Assembly (NCBI GenBank): GCA_041740355.1
Contig: JBGSMD010000042.1
Coordinates: 1-16,223, forward strand
Direction: 5' to 3'
Origin: Bdellovibrionota bacterium
GTDB taxonomy: Bacteria > Bdellovibrionota_C > UBA2361 > CALJRW01
DNA: 16,223 nt
Positions 16,076 through 16,223 of the stretch are shown here, piece after piece (positions within the stretch are counted from its first letter, which is position 1; every line of letters starts with the position of its first letter). The notes beneath the pieces were generated by a model that was given only the letters and a program-made list of their open reading frames with translations, did not search any database and was not told the origin of the DNA. Position numbers and translations under genes: made by a program.

Positions 16076-16223
16076 TATAGAAAGTCCAAAAAGTAATTTA
16101 CATAAGGAAATTACTTTTTGGGGCTTTCTATCCCCCGGAGGGATAATAAAATCATATAGTTATGACAAAAAAACAAATTGATCTATTAAATTTTTACGTA
16201 ATTTATTTTTTGTCATCACTATA
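16076..16223 (-). mobile_element. MITE-like palindromic element, type 1, copy c (inverted; window ends exactly at its terminal TATA)
   Basis: Reverse complement reads TATAGTGATGACAAAAAATAAATTACGTA..TTTTTTGTCATAACTATATGATTTTATTATCCCTCCGGGGGATAGAAAGCCCCAAAAAG..CTTTTTGGACTTTCTATA, colinear with 1-141. Confidence 0.85.

Noticed and set aside
1-16223. Whole window as a linear replicon or composite transposon with ~140 bp terminal inverted repeats
   Set aside because: The cargo is core housekeeping (pyrG, rplS, lptB), there is no transposase or replication gene, and related repeats occur internally. Contig breakage at a high-copy repeat is the simpler explanation. An invertible segment cannot be excluded without long reads.

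Overview
AT-rich chromosomal segment from a diderm (LPS-producing) bacterium. The protein style and gene order are Deltaproteobacteria/Bdellovibrionota-like, which is inference only. Coding content is mostly housekeeping and envelope: TonB-dependent receptor, membrane-anchored hypothetical, SurA-like PPIase, PMM/PGM, pcnB, membrane protein, pyrG, kdsA, an apparent natural LptC-LptA fusion, an orphan receiver domain, lptB, a small hypothetical, a stand-alone rplS, a small membrane protein and a bactofilin. The most unusual content is non-coding. A family of TATA-flanked, modular, multi-hairpin MITE-like elements occurs in at least six copies (1-141, 138-284, 2251-2454 degenerate, 4558-4754, 12083-12250, 16076-16223). 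These share terminal inverted repeats but have different cores, show covarying stems and variable loops, and in some copies host a second ~25-35 bp GNAGC-loop-GCGNAG mini-palindrome. Two further structured intergenic blocks (13627-13800 and 15828-16051) are candidate ncRNAs or additional repeat families. No transposase is encoded in the window.
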